In this document: one piece after another, positions 10,664 through 22,838 of the stretch
Position numbering within the stretch: the stretch's first letter is position 1
How the letters are laid out: each line of letters begins with the position of its first letter
From: Strigamia acuminata
Taxonomy: Eukaryota
NCBI GenBank assembly: GCA_949358305.1
Contig: OX442314.1
Coordinates: 31,930,001 to 31,994,000 of the forward strand
Length of the DNA: 64,000 nt
Reading direction: 5' to 3'
Position numbers and translations under genes: made by a program
The notes under the pieces: model-generated
Told to the model about the DNA's origin: nothing
The model's input: only the letters and a program-made list of their open reading frames with translations
The model's database searches: none

Positions 10664-13117
10664 TAGTAAAATGGCAGACTAATTCTCCTGAACTGCGCGA
10701 AATATTCAGAAAAGAAGATCCTGCGGATGCAAATGTGACGTCAAATGAAGAATCCAAGGTACTAGGACTGAAATGGGACCCGACTTCGGACAAACTGAGT
10801 TTGCAAATTGAAAACATATCGAACGTGAACAGCAAAACAGCGACGAAGAGAGAAGTAGTCCAAATCACCGCCCAGATATTTGACCCACTCGGATTCGTCA
10901 CACCATTCACCGTCACTGCAAGAATTTTCTTCCAGTCACTTTGGTTGAGAAAACTGGAATGGGATGACGAATTGGATGAAACTCTCAAACTCAATTGGTT
11001 TAAATGGGCAGAACAAATACCAAAACTGAGCGAATTCCAAATTCCGAGATGGCTGGGAGTGAAGAATGAAATGAACTGCGAGATCCACATTTTTTCCAAT
11101 GCAAGCCCCAAGGGGTACGGTGCTGTCGCCTACATTCAAGACACCACGGAAGACTTAATCAATTCGTTCTTTATTTTTTCTAAATGTAGGGTAGCACCAG
11201 TCAAGGCTTTAACATTGCCAAAATTGGAACTGATGGGGGCCTTAGTAGCAGTCCGCATGGCCGACCAAATTAAAGAGGTGACGAGTTGCCGTGAAATACA
11301 CTACTGGACTGACTCGCAAATCTGTATACATTGGATCCGCAACACGGCTAAAAGACCACCGACATTCATACAGAATAGAGTGCTGGAGATCCGCGAAAAA
11401 TCAAAAACCGACAATTGGAGACACGTACCGGGCACTGACAATCCTGCTGACCGTTTAACACGCGGTTTAACAGTCGACGAATTGATGACCGACCAGCTGT
11501 GGTGGAACGGACCAGACTGGATGCGAGGTTCTCGTGACAATTGGCCGAGTTCTCAAGTGGAAATAGCGGACGAGTCAGACGAGGACAACATCGAAACTCA
11601 CGTCGAATCCCTCCAAATCATTAACGCAAATTTTATTTTTTCTAAATTTAGTTCATTTGGTCGACTACGACGTGTCACAGCTTGGATGCTGAGATTCGCG
11701 GCCAATATACGGACCGTCGACATCTTAAATAGAGTTCAAGGACCGTTGACCGTCACCGAACTCAAACGGGCTGAAACGACACTGATCCGAGCTGCACAGC
11801 AAGAGAACTACGGAGTCGAGATGACACAACTTCAAAATGAAAAACCACTGACCGGTTCAAAACTGCAGAACTTAGACGTTTTTCTGGACGACTCCAGAGT
11901 GCTGAAGTTGCACACTCGACTCAGCAACTCAAAAGACATTATCACTGCAAAACCTCCCGTGCTCCTCCCATCCAATCACACCCTCACTAAATTGATTTTA
12001 TCGTTTTCACACTCTCAGGTTTTCCATTGCGGTTTGACGGCCACCTTGGCACATTTCCGTCAGAATTACTGGACGGCATCCGCAAGGAGAACCTTGAAGG
12101 CAATCATAAAGAGATGCGTGACTTGCAAACGAATAAATGGACGATTGATGAGAGAAGTGCCCGGACAGTTACCTTTTGATCGAGTATCACAGTGCAGCCC
12201 ATTCGCTATCACCGGAGTCGACTTCGCGGGCCCAATCGTTGTACGCGGAAGAAAGACCAAAGCATACATCGCTCTCTTCACCTGTGCCAACATCAGAGCG
12301 GTACACCTTGAATTAATTCCATCGCTCACCACTTCAGATTTCGTAGGTGTGTTGGAACGCTTCATCAGTCGACGCGGAATGCCCAAAACTATCTACAGTG
12401 ACAACGGAACGACGTTCCACCGTACAAACCGTGAACTGTGCGCTTTATTGCGAAATACAAGAGACGACTCGGTGCGCAATTTTCTAACTCAAAAGGGGAT
12501 TGAGTGGAAGTTCATCGTGAAAAATGCTCCTTGGTGGGGAGGATTTTGGGAGAGGATGATTCAAACAGTCAAGTCTTGTTTAAAAAAGACGATTGGATTG
12601 GCCTCTCTCAACTTCTTTCAATTGAAAACTCTGCTCACCCAAGTAGAGGCAATCATTAATAAAAGACCCATTACTTACATTTATGATGCGCCAAATGAAC
12701 CCGAGGCTCTTACGCCAGCCCATTTCTTGACAGGGATCAGCCTGAACCTTCTGCCATCCGCCGAAGACGCTGCGTCGACTGAACCAACTCAGAAGTCGTT
12801 TGTTCACCAGTGGAAAAGACGTCAACAAGTTTTAATGGACTTTTGGCGACGATGGTCTCGGGAGTATTTGGTCGACTTAAAAAAACAAGTGGGAAAACCA
12901 AATACCAGCCAACTTCAATCGGGAGATGTAGTGCTGGTAGAAGACTTATTAAAGTCAAGAGTCAACTGGAAAATGGCACGTGTTATCGATATACACCCCA
13001 GTAGAGACGGTGTAACGCGTTCTTGTGAGTTGTTAATGCCTAATGGCAACAAATTTAGGCGACCTGTGCAACGCTTAATAAAAATGGAGATTCATTCCGG
13101 TCCCGTGCCGCCGGCAG

Positions 13118-13633
13118 TGTGAAAACCGACATGATTTTACACGTTTTAATTATTATTGCCATTGTTTATTTGTTTTTTATAATGATGTGAAATTTTGATA
13201 TATTGTTGATTTTAATTGTTCATTGATCGTTGTATTAATTTGATTTGATGAGTTATTGATTTTGATTACATTTTATTTTAAATCCTTTTGAAATTGTATT
13301 TGTTTAGTTAAAAATAATTGTTTTTCACCTTAAACCACTTATCTTTTCCATTCCAAGAATTCACCTACTTTTAAATGTGTAACCAATTATCTTGCGCTCC
13401 CTTTTTGGAGCGCGTCATCTTTTCTCTGTGCGCTTTACTTGTAGCACAGAAGCGTTAGTCATTTCCTTTTTGTACATTTAATTATCGTTGTTTTAAAGAA
13501 AGAATAAACCAGTCTTGAAGAAGTTTTGAACCAACAAGTCGACTTTTTTATTTCTCAAAAACTACATTTTAATTTGAAGTCATTATTGTTATTCAGGGAA
13601 CTAATTATCCGCAATACCTTATTGCATTTCAAA
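13118..13633 (+). repeat. BEL/Pao 3' LTR
   Basis: Repeat of 6600-7115 followed by TSD CCGTA; the polyprotein stop TGA (13120-13122) lies inside it. Confidence 0.95.
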
Positions 13634-13702
13634 CCGTATTAGTATTTAGTATACACTAATACCAACCGTAATGCCTAATGTTCTAATAAAACTTGTTGAG
13701 GT

Positions 13703-14078
13703 TCAGAAACTGTATTATGTTACAAACAAGGTGGGATATAGTTGTTTTGTAACCAAGGCACCTACCGTTGAAGCAACCACCACCAAAAAATTAGAATAGA
13801 AAGGTAAGACAGAATTCGTGGGAAAAAGCAGTCGATGCCAATCATCTGTAGAATCAGACTCACGATCGCTACGAAGACCAAAATTAAAAGTATTACGGAA
13901 GCCCAGACGAAAACCACGCGATTGTTCGCACCGGTGCTCTATAATTGATTAAATAGTCACGATTGCTTGTTGGATGTGTTCAATTTCAATTGTAAATTAC
14001 CAATGTGCGAATGGACTGTGTTCTGTGGACAGCATCGACGGATGACGACTGAGTTGAGAGCTCAATGGTGGCTTCCAT
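13703..14078 (-). CDS. Putative small spliced membrane protein (~85 aa, two hydrophobic segments); exons 14078-14001, 13938-13766, 13709-13703
   Basis: Kozak ccaccATGG; GT-AG introns of 62 and 56 nt with matching phases; MEATIELSTQSSSVDAVHRTQSIRTL/STGANNRVVFVWASVILLILVFVAIVSLILQMIGIDCFFPRILSYLSILIFWWWLLQR/F*. Confidence 0.6.
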
Positions 14079-14987
14079 GGTGGACGAATGTGGTAAAATT
14101 AAGGCGAGGTAAATGATGTGATGCAAATATTGGCGGTTGGTAGATTAATCTACAAATTTGCTCACCGAGACGTGCCGTAATAAAGACATAAAGAAACATT
14201 AATAACCACGTCAATGGCTTTTATTTGAATATTTGTTTTATTAATACATCGGATTTTTTTTTTTAATTCGATGAATAGCATTTAGATACTTTTAATAATT
14301 AATTTTAAAAATATAATATTCCAAACTGACCCATAACTTGGAATCGCATTTTCCATTTTTCCGATTTATATCTGGTTTTCCGTTTACCCGATCAATTTTC
14401 GGTTTTCCGTTCACTTAATTGATGTGGATACAAATCGCTTTATTCTCGTATCGCGCGACCTCTGCGCGTTACTGGTCGAACTGGAAGTCCCCAAGTCACG
14501 TTTTAGGTCGCGAGATTATAGAACAATTCCCTCTGGCCGGAGAGACCCTCACATTGGATTTTCACATTGGATCAAGGTGACCAGAAACAAAACATCATTT
14601 ATTACATTGTTTAAACGTTTATTATTAATTGTTACATTCAATAATGGGAAATAATGCTACAAGTATGTTCGTTGGTTGAAATACAAATCAATCTATGGCT
14701 ACATTGAAACACTGCTTCTTTCACTAAAGCAAGTGATGCAAGTTGTGTGAGACTAATAAATATATTTGGGTTGATGCCCGAACGGGCGTATTGTGATTGC
14801 GCAGCATTAAGAGTAATGGTGGCGATCAGTGACTGTTTGAACTTTGAATTTAGCATCAAGTTATAGTCTGTCATCTTATGTGGTTGTTAATAATTAGAAT
14901 ACCGGTAATAATAATTAATGAGAAATACATCCGAAAAACTAATGAGGATACGGGCTTATAAGCAATAATAGAGTGAGATACGATCGG

Positions 14988-16580
14988 TTAGTTTTTCCCA
15001 GGGAGAACTTGGGGCAAATAATTCAAGCAGGAAAGGAGGGAAAATCCGAGGAAAAGTCCTACGCTGCCACCCACATCAGATACCAAGCTGGACAGGGGAT
15101 AAACGAAATATTCGCTAACGATTTGCTTCGTATTTATTGTGTAAATAATTGCGACGGTGGTGCCAGCGCCGTATTGTGGAGAGCCATATTCTGTCATTAT
15201 GGGGAATCTGGTGACGGAACATGGGCGTCTGCAGTTGCTGTTATGTTGCGAATACAAAAGGAGTAAAATTTTTGTTTTCAGTTTATTCACTTGGGAAATT
15301 GAGTTGCAAAGCGGCTTTGTCGAGTTCACAAAAGGCCATCTAAGGTGGATATGGAATTATTATTGAATATCTATTGATAAAGCATAAGTATTAATCTGAC
15401 CTGCATTTGATGTCAGAAGTGTCTAATTGGTCACTAATCCATCGATTAATGCACTCGATCTCTTCATCCTCAGTGACGCAGGGGTTTCGACTCGTGTTTA
15501 AATAGTCAAACTACAACAGTTGTCAATATTTAAATACGGAAATCAATGCGATTACTGTCTGTGTTTGTTTGTTTACTTGTGTTTCTGACAGTTCCAGAGC
15601 ACTGTATGTCGATGAACGAATGACTGATTTGCCAATAAACATGAGTTTGGTTGAAGTTGCTTCGTAAACATCAGCCTGTAATAAACGAATTGTAATATTG
15701 TTATATTGTAATATTGGATTGATCTTACAAGTAATCCTCTAAAATCTGGAGTAAACGGAAAACCTAACCAAAACACCTTGGTTTTTCCAACAAAATACCA
15801 TTGCAGATCTAAAAGAATCAAATATTGTTTCAGGATTTTTGTGTGAATTAAATGGAATAGTTAGTAATGACCAAATTGTAGAACTTTGCATGGACCCGCG
15901 ATCGTGTTGGCTTCCTTCTCTTTTAGCCAGTCTTCGGTTTCACATTTGCTGGAATTGACAGCATGATGACACTAGAATACCCAATTGGCTTTATACAGTC
16001 AAATTGTTACATAATGTTTGAACTTACTCTGGCTGATTTGACGATCTTCTCTTTTGTTGAGTATTCCCATAGATCCAATAGTGTGACGTTGATCTTGTCG
16101 AAAGGGAAATGGTCCCTGTCGGCCCAACTCAGTGCGCTGCAAGCTGCGTCTCTTGCACAGAGTGGATCGAATTTTTCGGAAAAATCGTACATCAAATTGG
16201 ATGTGTATGGGCAAAGTATGAGGCTAGGTGTTGTGTACTGGCTGAAACTTTCAATTTTTACATTGGTGCCTACTGGCTTTGAAAAGTACTTGTCGATGCA
16301 AATTGACAACTGCCAAGTGCACAGTGCAGTGCTCAGCAGCAGGGAAGCAATTCCCAATGCTTTGGCCGGCTTATTTGCCTGCGGTCGTCGTTGTCGTTTT
16401 GGTGGTGGTAGGATACGAATATGGTGTACGCAATTCTACGTCTTATGCTTCTACTACGGATATTCATTGCACCTGAAATGACTCCCACAACAGCATGAAA
16501 ACAATATTTAAGACGTAGTAATGAGTTTAACGTTAACGCTCGCCCTCATCCGTGTCTTGTTTGTTACTGCTCGTTTCCAT
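14988..16580 (-). pseudogene. DEG/ENaC-like gene, paralog A, probably frameshifted; exons 16472-16011, 15948-15872, 15808-15729, 15675-15577, 15510-15401, 15339-14988, plus possible first exon from ATG 16580
   Basis: TM1 then KYFSKPVGT..PSLILCP, Cys-rich NPC..EC..CRWPF..C..CRRPC, TM2 SDVGGSVGLFLGFS; five phase-compatible GT-AG introns of 53-66 nt. A 16-nt deletion at 16430/16431 relative to paralogs B and C breaks the frame before TM1. Confidence 0.75.
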
Positions 16581-17738
16581 GTGATTGAATTCAAATTCAA
16601 ATGCTGCGGTTTTATTTCGTGTCTGTCTGTTTGCATTTGAAATATTGATCGAAAAAAGTCTTTTTCTTTTCATTTGAGTTTGTGAATGAGTTTTTTTTAT
16701 AGCAAACCCAGCTCGAGCCTTCTCGAAGCATATTGCGATGAGTAAGTTGTGAGCGATTGTCTGGTCCTGGTTCAGCAATTTTAGCACACAAACACGGGAG
16801 ATATTTTTGGGAATCTTGTTTTATATTGGCAGATAATACAACTGGTAGCTCCGAGTTTATCTGTAAGTTAATGCGGAAAATGCTGATTGAACTGCGCCTG
16901 TGCTTCTGTTTTAATCATTTATTGTTGTTATTTACTAATTCTCTATCTACGAGATGCCATTCAAAAGGCTGTTTTATGTTCGTGTATGATAGTAGGTGCA
17001 TTCAAAAAGTCTAAAACGTATGCAAAACTCGTTTCGTGTTTGTACGTGACGTCATTCCCATTGCATAACATGAATGCACCTAGTGTTTAGCTAAAGTTAC
17101 CGAGGAGATAATGATCATTGAGTTACACGTGTATGACCTGAATACAAGACCGATATGGTCGTTATGCACCGTTGCCACCATCTACACAAGAAAATCAGTA
17201 ACTAGTTAAAGTTTTAAAACATACTTATAATAAAGAAAATTAAATGACAATTCTCTGCTTTAAAAACACCAAAGTGATACATCCAAAAAGTAGAAGTTTA
17301 GTAAAAAAATACATTTGTTTTCAAATAAACCATGCCAAGTACAACGCTTTTGAACTAAACAGAAGTGCTTATTCAATCTGTCAACCTGCTTGCATGCACA
17401 ACAATTTATTTCACGGGATATACTGTATAAATTGCAGGTATTGTTGTATCTTCTAGAAAATGCTGATAACATCTTTCCTGCAGTAGCTGTAGCTGCATTA
17501 AAAAAGATTCACCATGTGACGGTTTAAAAGTGGTATTTATCAATATCACAGCTAAGAGAATTATCGGCAAAACCCGCATTTGTCAATGCTCCGAGTCGCC
17601 ACTAGATGGCGCGATCGTGATTTAGCGGTAAATTCGAATAACGAATGTCAAAATGTACAAATAAATATAAGAATATATTTATTTAAGTAGAAACAAGCTT
17701 AAGGAACATTAATATGAATACATATTAATGATTAATAT

Positions 17739-19385
17739 TGTTAAAGATCCAATTTCCACGGAAAAGGACATTTAGCGGATCAATCAATCGATCGATGTGA
17801 TTGGAGGAATCTATTTCCGGTCCTGGGTATCCAGTTCCGGTATTAATGAGGATTAGCATAATCCGAATTATGCTCCTCCGTATCCACTTCCTATGATACG
17901 GGATTGGTGAAAATTAATCCCACTGGGGTATATATACCCCCAACAACTGGCATTTTATCCCCTCTGGCATGATTATTTCATTTTGGTATTTTCTGATATT
18001 TGGTGATGAAGTTTGGTGTATTCAGTGTATTTTCTTTTGGTTAAACCATTTGGTTTCTTGTTGATTTGTTTGCAAGGAACCGTTGCATGATTCTACAGAA
18101 TCATGCAGTCGACCAATTGAAGGTGCAGGGCTGGATTCTAATGTTTCAGTTGGACGGTCTCGCCGAGGAGAACCCGCATCCATGCATTCAGTATCCTCCG
18201 GGCAGGACAGAGTGGCCATTTGCGGTATGAACACATTCCGTTACCGCAAGTAAGCACTGGTATTGTTGAGAATTGGTTCCATCACCTGATGGTGCCAAAG
18301 TAGTCTGATTTACAGTAACCATGAGTAGCACCAAGTGTTTGGTAAGCTGATTCTCATGGTATTCGGTGCCAAAGCAGTCGGTTTGTAATTAGTACTACGA
18401 AGGGCTAAACTGCTGTGCGGAGCCGCGAGCTATAACCTCCTGTGTATGTGGTACCGTCAACCACTCGATGGACGACCGTGCTGCTACGCAGGGGACGCTT
18501 GATACCGTTCTGCATGGCAAGGCGATTCTATCGACGGCAACTGTGTGATTGCGTCGGGAAGCCTAATCATTACCTTTATCAGTAAAAACAATATTAACTT
18601 GATAACAAGTTAAACAATTAAGTCAAGAGACATTGAACCCAATGTAACAACAAAGTTGATAACATCTTATCAAGTGGAACATCTAAAGAAATCACAACGT
18701 TACGAATTAAATATAATTCGTAATTGGAATATTGATAAGTAAATGAATACATTTACTTACACCAATATCCTCCCAAAGTTGTGGCGGTGCACGAAAGTCA
18801 ACCGCATCTCTCAGATCATTCGATTCATCAACGTGCGATGATTTACACGACAAACCAGGAACCAGCAAAGCCGACCCGAACCTGAAGACGCAGCCAGACC
18901 GGCCCCAATGACATCTTTGCCGGTCGAGCGGTATATCTAGACCGTTCCGCAACTCAGGACTCTCAGGACACGTAATGATATTATTTCAGGGCTGTTCCAC
19001 AGCCAACTCATTGTATAGTTTAATAGTTGATTTAACTTGCCAAATGTCGGCATTAGGGATATGTATAACTTACTTGTTAGTTTCATTCATATTGGTGATA
19101 ACAATAAACTGTAGTGTTTTGATAACCTTTCGTCTCTTGTATTTATCTCTTGTATTATTCACTGTTTACTACGCGATCTATTCCCGGTACCATTGTTTAA
19201 TGGGAGTTGTGGGCGTCACCGTCACAACCACGATACCAAATACTCAACTTTTTGGATGCAGTATTTTTGAATTCACTTTAATTAAACTACTGCTTGTTTC
19301 AGTTTGCCGTACATGTCAACACCAAATTTGGCACCTTGCAACACGATGGAATACATTACTCGTGCCCATTGCCAATATTTTAACA
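17739..19385. mobile_element. Probable solo LTR (~1.65 kb) of a third retroelement family
   Basis: TGTTAAA...TTTAACA termini, flanks aatat/attat (4/5), TATA-like gtatatatacc near 17927, AATAAA near 19103, no credible ORF. Confidence 0.55.
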
Positions 19386-19969
19386 ATTATAATTCCAATA
19401 AAAAAACTTGCAAATGTAAACAAACCTTAGAAAATATTTATTACCAAACTATTGTGCATGAAACACACGGAAAATCTAATATCTTGCACGCAGCTGATAG
19501 TTTCGATCAGACCACAACAGACCCAATTTCCCAAATATCGGCAGTATCGTCATTCCTTTTTCTTCCGTTTTAAAAACTCATATTTGGTTTTCGAATCAAT
19601 CTTGGTGGCCAACTTGTCCAAACTAGAACTGCATCAAATTGGACCAAAAGTTAAGCATGTTTGTTACCTGTTGTCATCCCAGAATGCAGTGCGGCTATTT
19701 ATTATTTATGGTGTCAAAACACTCTGAACTTAGATACGTGACTACGTGTCCACGTTATCCTCGGTTCATGATTACACACATTTCAAGTCGTTTCTAAATA
19801 TTGAGTAACTGATTTTCTACGCTTCGCGTGGTTGTGAACAACAATTCGCAGCATTGTTGCTTTATTCAGAGTTTAGCTTAGTGCGGCTCAGACACGAGTC
19901 TGTTTCAGTCTTTAGGTTGCTGTTTACTACAATTCTAGATGGATTTGGATTTGTGAGCAATCCGTCCGA

Positions 19970-20348
19970 CTGAAACTTAGTCGAAGAAATGCAGACCCGA
20001 GGGAAAAGAGGTAACAAATGAAGTAAACCCGAACGAATGGAAGAGCAGAGGGTTAAACGGAAGGAAAACGCCAAAGTGCACCGTGAAACCAGAAAGGCGA
20101 GTGCTCGGGATGTTCAGGAGCAAAGTTACGTTATGGCGAGAACAGTCTTTAGAAAACAGAAGGAACTTAAAAAGAGTTTAGACAGAGAAAAACTACTCGA
20201 CGCCGACATAGAATTCGTGACTTACCAAGACGAGGAAGAAGAGGAAGAAGAAGAAGAAAGCAGCAGAGGATTGAAAAGAGCAAATTCAGATGACATTGTG
20301 AATCCACGGAAAAAACGCCGTGCAGATCCCGAAATAATCTGGAGTTGA
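19970..20348 (+). pseudogene. Degenerate basic/acidic ORF with poly-Glu and NLS-like PRKKRR
   Basis: ORF 20037-20348; the upstream frame continues through two TGA codons; paralog at 27396-27716 has an extra in-frame segment. Confidence 0.35.
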
Positions 20349-21199
20349 TGTTTAATAAGATGTACTCACTCGTGACAAATTTGGAAATAGCTGACTGGCA
20401 TGTAATATTTTATACTTTATTTTTGTGAATTTATTTGGAGATGATGTTTCGTAGATGTGAAAAAGGGGAAATAGAAATAAAAGATGTTTGTATTCCTTCT
20501 GTTGTGGATTCCAAATCCACGACAGAAGAAACGTAACCAATTCGTCTTATCAACCCGAGTAACATCTGTTTTCATCTTTTCTTCCATTCCTATCACAACC
20601 CTAAAAATTTTGAATATTTTAATTTATTACTATATTTTTATTGATTTTTTGTGACAGCAGAAATAAAAATAATTCATTTCATTTCATGTATTTTATTTTT
20701 TTTTTGGGTATTATTTTATTTATTGTATTTTGAGTAAGAGAAAGTTTCTTAGTTATCTTAGTCCATCAATTAGCGCCATCTAGGGATAATAATGGTATCT
20801 GTTATCAATAAAAAGCAACAACAGGAACGAAAAAATGATTTTTTTTTTATATGCACTTGTTATTATGGTACTGTGCACGACACGACCCGGACTTCGACAT
20901 CGGCTTAGTTTTTATCAGATAAGTTATCAAAAATCCTATAATATTATTCCTTAGATATTTATTAAAAACTCAAAATTCTATTTTACAGATAAACAAACGA
21001 AAACTTATGAAATTCTCCACTTTGGAATTAAGAATGATGGTGGCGGGCAGTGAATGTTTGAACTTTGAATTTAGCATCAAGTTATAGTCTGTCATCTTAT
21101 GTGGTTGTTAATAATTAGAATAATAATTAATGAGAAATACATACGAAAAACTATTGAGGATACGGGCTTATAAGCAATAATAGAGTGAGATAAGATCGG

Positions 21200-22838
21200 T
21201 TATTTTTTCCCGGGGAGAACTTGGGGCAAATAATTCAAGCAGGAAAGGAGGGAAAATCCGAGGAAAAGTCCTACGCTGCCACCCACTTCAGACACCAAGC
21301 TGGACAGGGGATAAGCGAAATATTCGCTAACGATTTGCTTCGTATTCATTGTGTAAATAATTGCGACGGAGGTGCCAGCGCCATATTCTATTCTTGAGTT
21401 ATATTCTGTCATTATGGGAAATCTGGTGACGGAACATGGTCGTCTGCAGTTGCTGTTATGTTGCGAATACAAAAGGGAAAAAATTTTCTTTTTCAGTTCA
21501 TTCACTTGGGAAATTGAGTTGCAAAGCGGTTTTGTCGAGTTCACAAAAGGCCATCTAAGGTGGATATGGAATTATTATTGAATATCTATTGATTAAGCAT
21601 AAGTATTTATCTGACCTGCATTTGATGTCAGAAGTGTCTAATTGGTCACTAATCCATCGATTAATGCACTCGATCTCTTCATCCTCAGTGACGCAGGGGT
21701 TTTGACTCGTGTTTAAATAGTCAAACTGCAACAGTTGTCAATATTTAAATACGGAAATCAATGCGATTACTGTCTGTGTTTGTTTGTTTACTTGTGTCTC
21801 TGACAGTTCCATAGTTTGGTATGTCGATTGACGAATGACTGATTTGCCAATAAACATGAGTTTGGTTGAAGGTGCTTCGTAAACATCAGCCTGTAATAGA
21901 CGAATTGTAATATTGTAATATTGTAATATTCGATTGATCTTACAAGAAATGCGTTAGGATTAGAATCCGAAGTAAAATGTATACGCAACCAAAACAGCCA
22001 GGTTTTTCCAACAAAATACCATTCCAGATCTAAAAGAATCAAATATTGTTTCAAGATTTTTGTGTGAATTAAATGGAATAGTTAGTAATGACCAGATCGT
22101 ATAACTCTGCATGGACCCGCGATCGTGTTGACTTTCTTCTCTTGTAGCCAGTCTCCGGTTTCACATTTGCTGGAATTGACTGCATGATGACACTGGAAAA
22201 CCCGGTTGGCTTTATACAGTCAAATTGTTACTTGATGTTTGAACTTACTCTGGCTGATTTGACGATCTTGACTATTGTTGAGTTTTCCCATAAATCCAAT
22301 AGTGTGACGTTGATCTTGTCGAAAGGGAAATGTTCCTTGTCGGCCCAACTCAGTGCGCTGCAAGCTGCGTCTTTTGTACAGAGTGGTTTGAATCTTTTGT
22401 AAAAGTCGTACATCGAATCGGTTGTGTATGGGCAAAGTATGAGGCTAGGTTGTGTGTACTGGCTGAAGCTTTCAATTTTTACATTGGTGCCTACTGGCTT
22501 TGAAAAGTACTTGTCGATGCAAATTGACAACTGCCAAGTGCACAGTACCGTGCTTAGCAGCAGCGAAGCAATTCCCAATACTTTGGCCGTCTTATTTGCC
22601 TGCGGTTGTCGTTGTCGTTTTGGTGATGGTGAGATGCGAATATGGTGTAAGCGAGTATCTGGATAAACAATTCTACGTCCTATGCTTCTACTATGGATAT
22701 TCATTGCACCTGAAAATAACTCCCTCAACAGCATGAAAACAATATTTATGGCGTATTAATGAGTATTAACGTTAACGTTAACGCTCGCCGACCTGACCTT
22801 TCTTTATCCGTGTGTTGTTTGTTACTGCTCGTTTCCAT
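21200..22838 (-). CDS. DEG/ENaC-like channel subunit, paralog B, spliced, ~400-415 aa, apparently intact
   Basis: Same exon structure as paralog A without the deletion; TM1 GIASLLLSTVLCTWQLSICIDKYF, PSLILCP, TM2 SEVGGSVGLFLGFSLLS. Start is uncertain (ATG 22838 or the MNIH ATG in the next exon). Confidence 0.85.

Larger units (their letters stand above)
7177..13122 (+). pseudogene. BEL/Pao gag-pol polyprotein, disrupted
   Basis: ATG 7177; in-frame TGA at 8359-8361 and 8455-8457 in the triple zinc-knuckle region; MITE inserted in RT at 9991. Removing the MITE and one TA restores ..GMQLVKWQTN.. in frame with 10735-13122. RNase H motif reads FSNAS instead of FSDAS. Confidence 0.9.
6600..13633 (+). 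mobile_element. BEL/Pao LTR retrotransposon, full length but inactivated
   Basis: 516-bp LTRs, 5-bp TSD CCGTA (6595-6599 / 13634-13638), PBS, and one gag-pro-RT-RH-IN frame with Pao motifs (YYMPHRP, LRIVFDAS, YVDD, IFDPLG, APWWGGFWER, FWRRWSREYL). Confidence 0.95.

Noticed and set aside
14424..14874. ORFs of 76-84 aa shared with 28522-28990
   Set aside because: Similarity is explained by recent duplication; no convincing splice structure or motif.
15963..16481. 172-aa plus-strand ORF and similar ORFs at 22184-22736 and 30084-30659
   Set aside because: Antisense shadows of channel exons; broken differently in each paralog.
18975..19727. Hydrophobic 151-aa ORF and neighbours
   Set aside because: T-rich sequence straddling the putative solo-LTR end; no domain signal.
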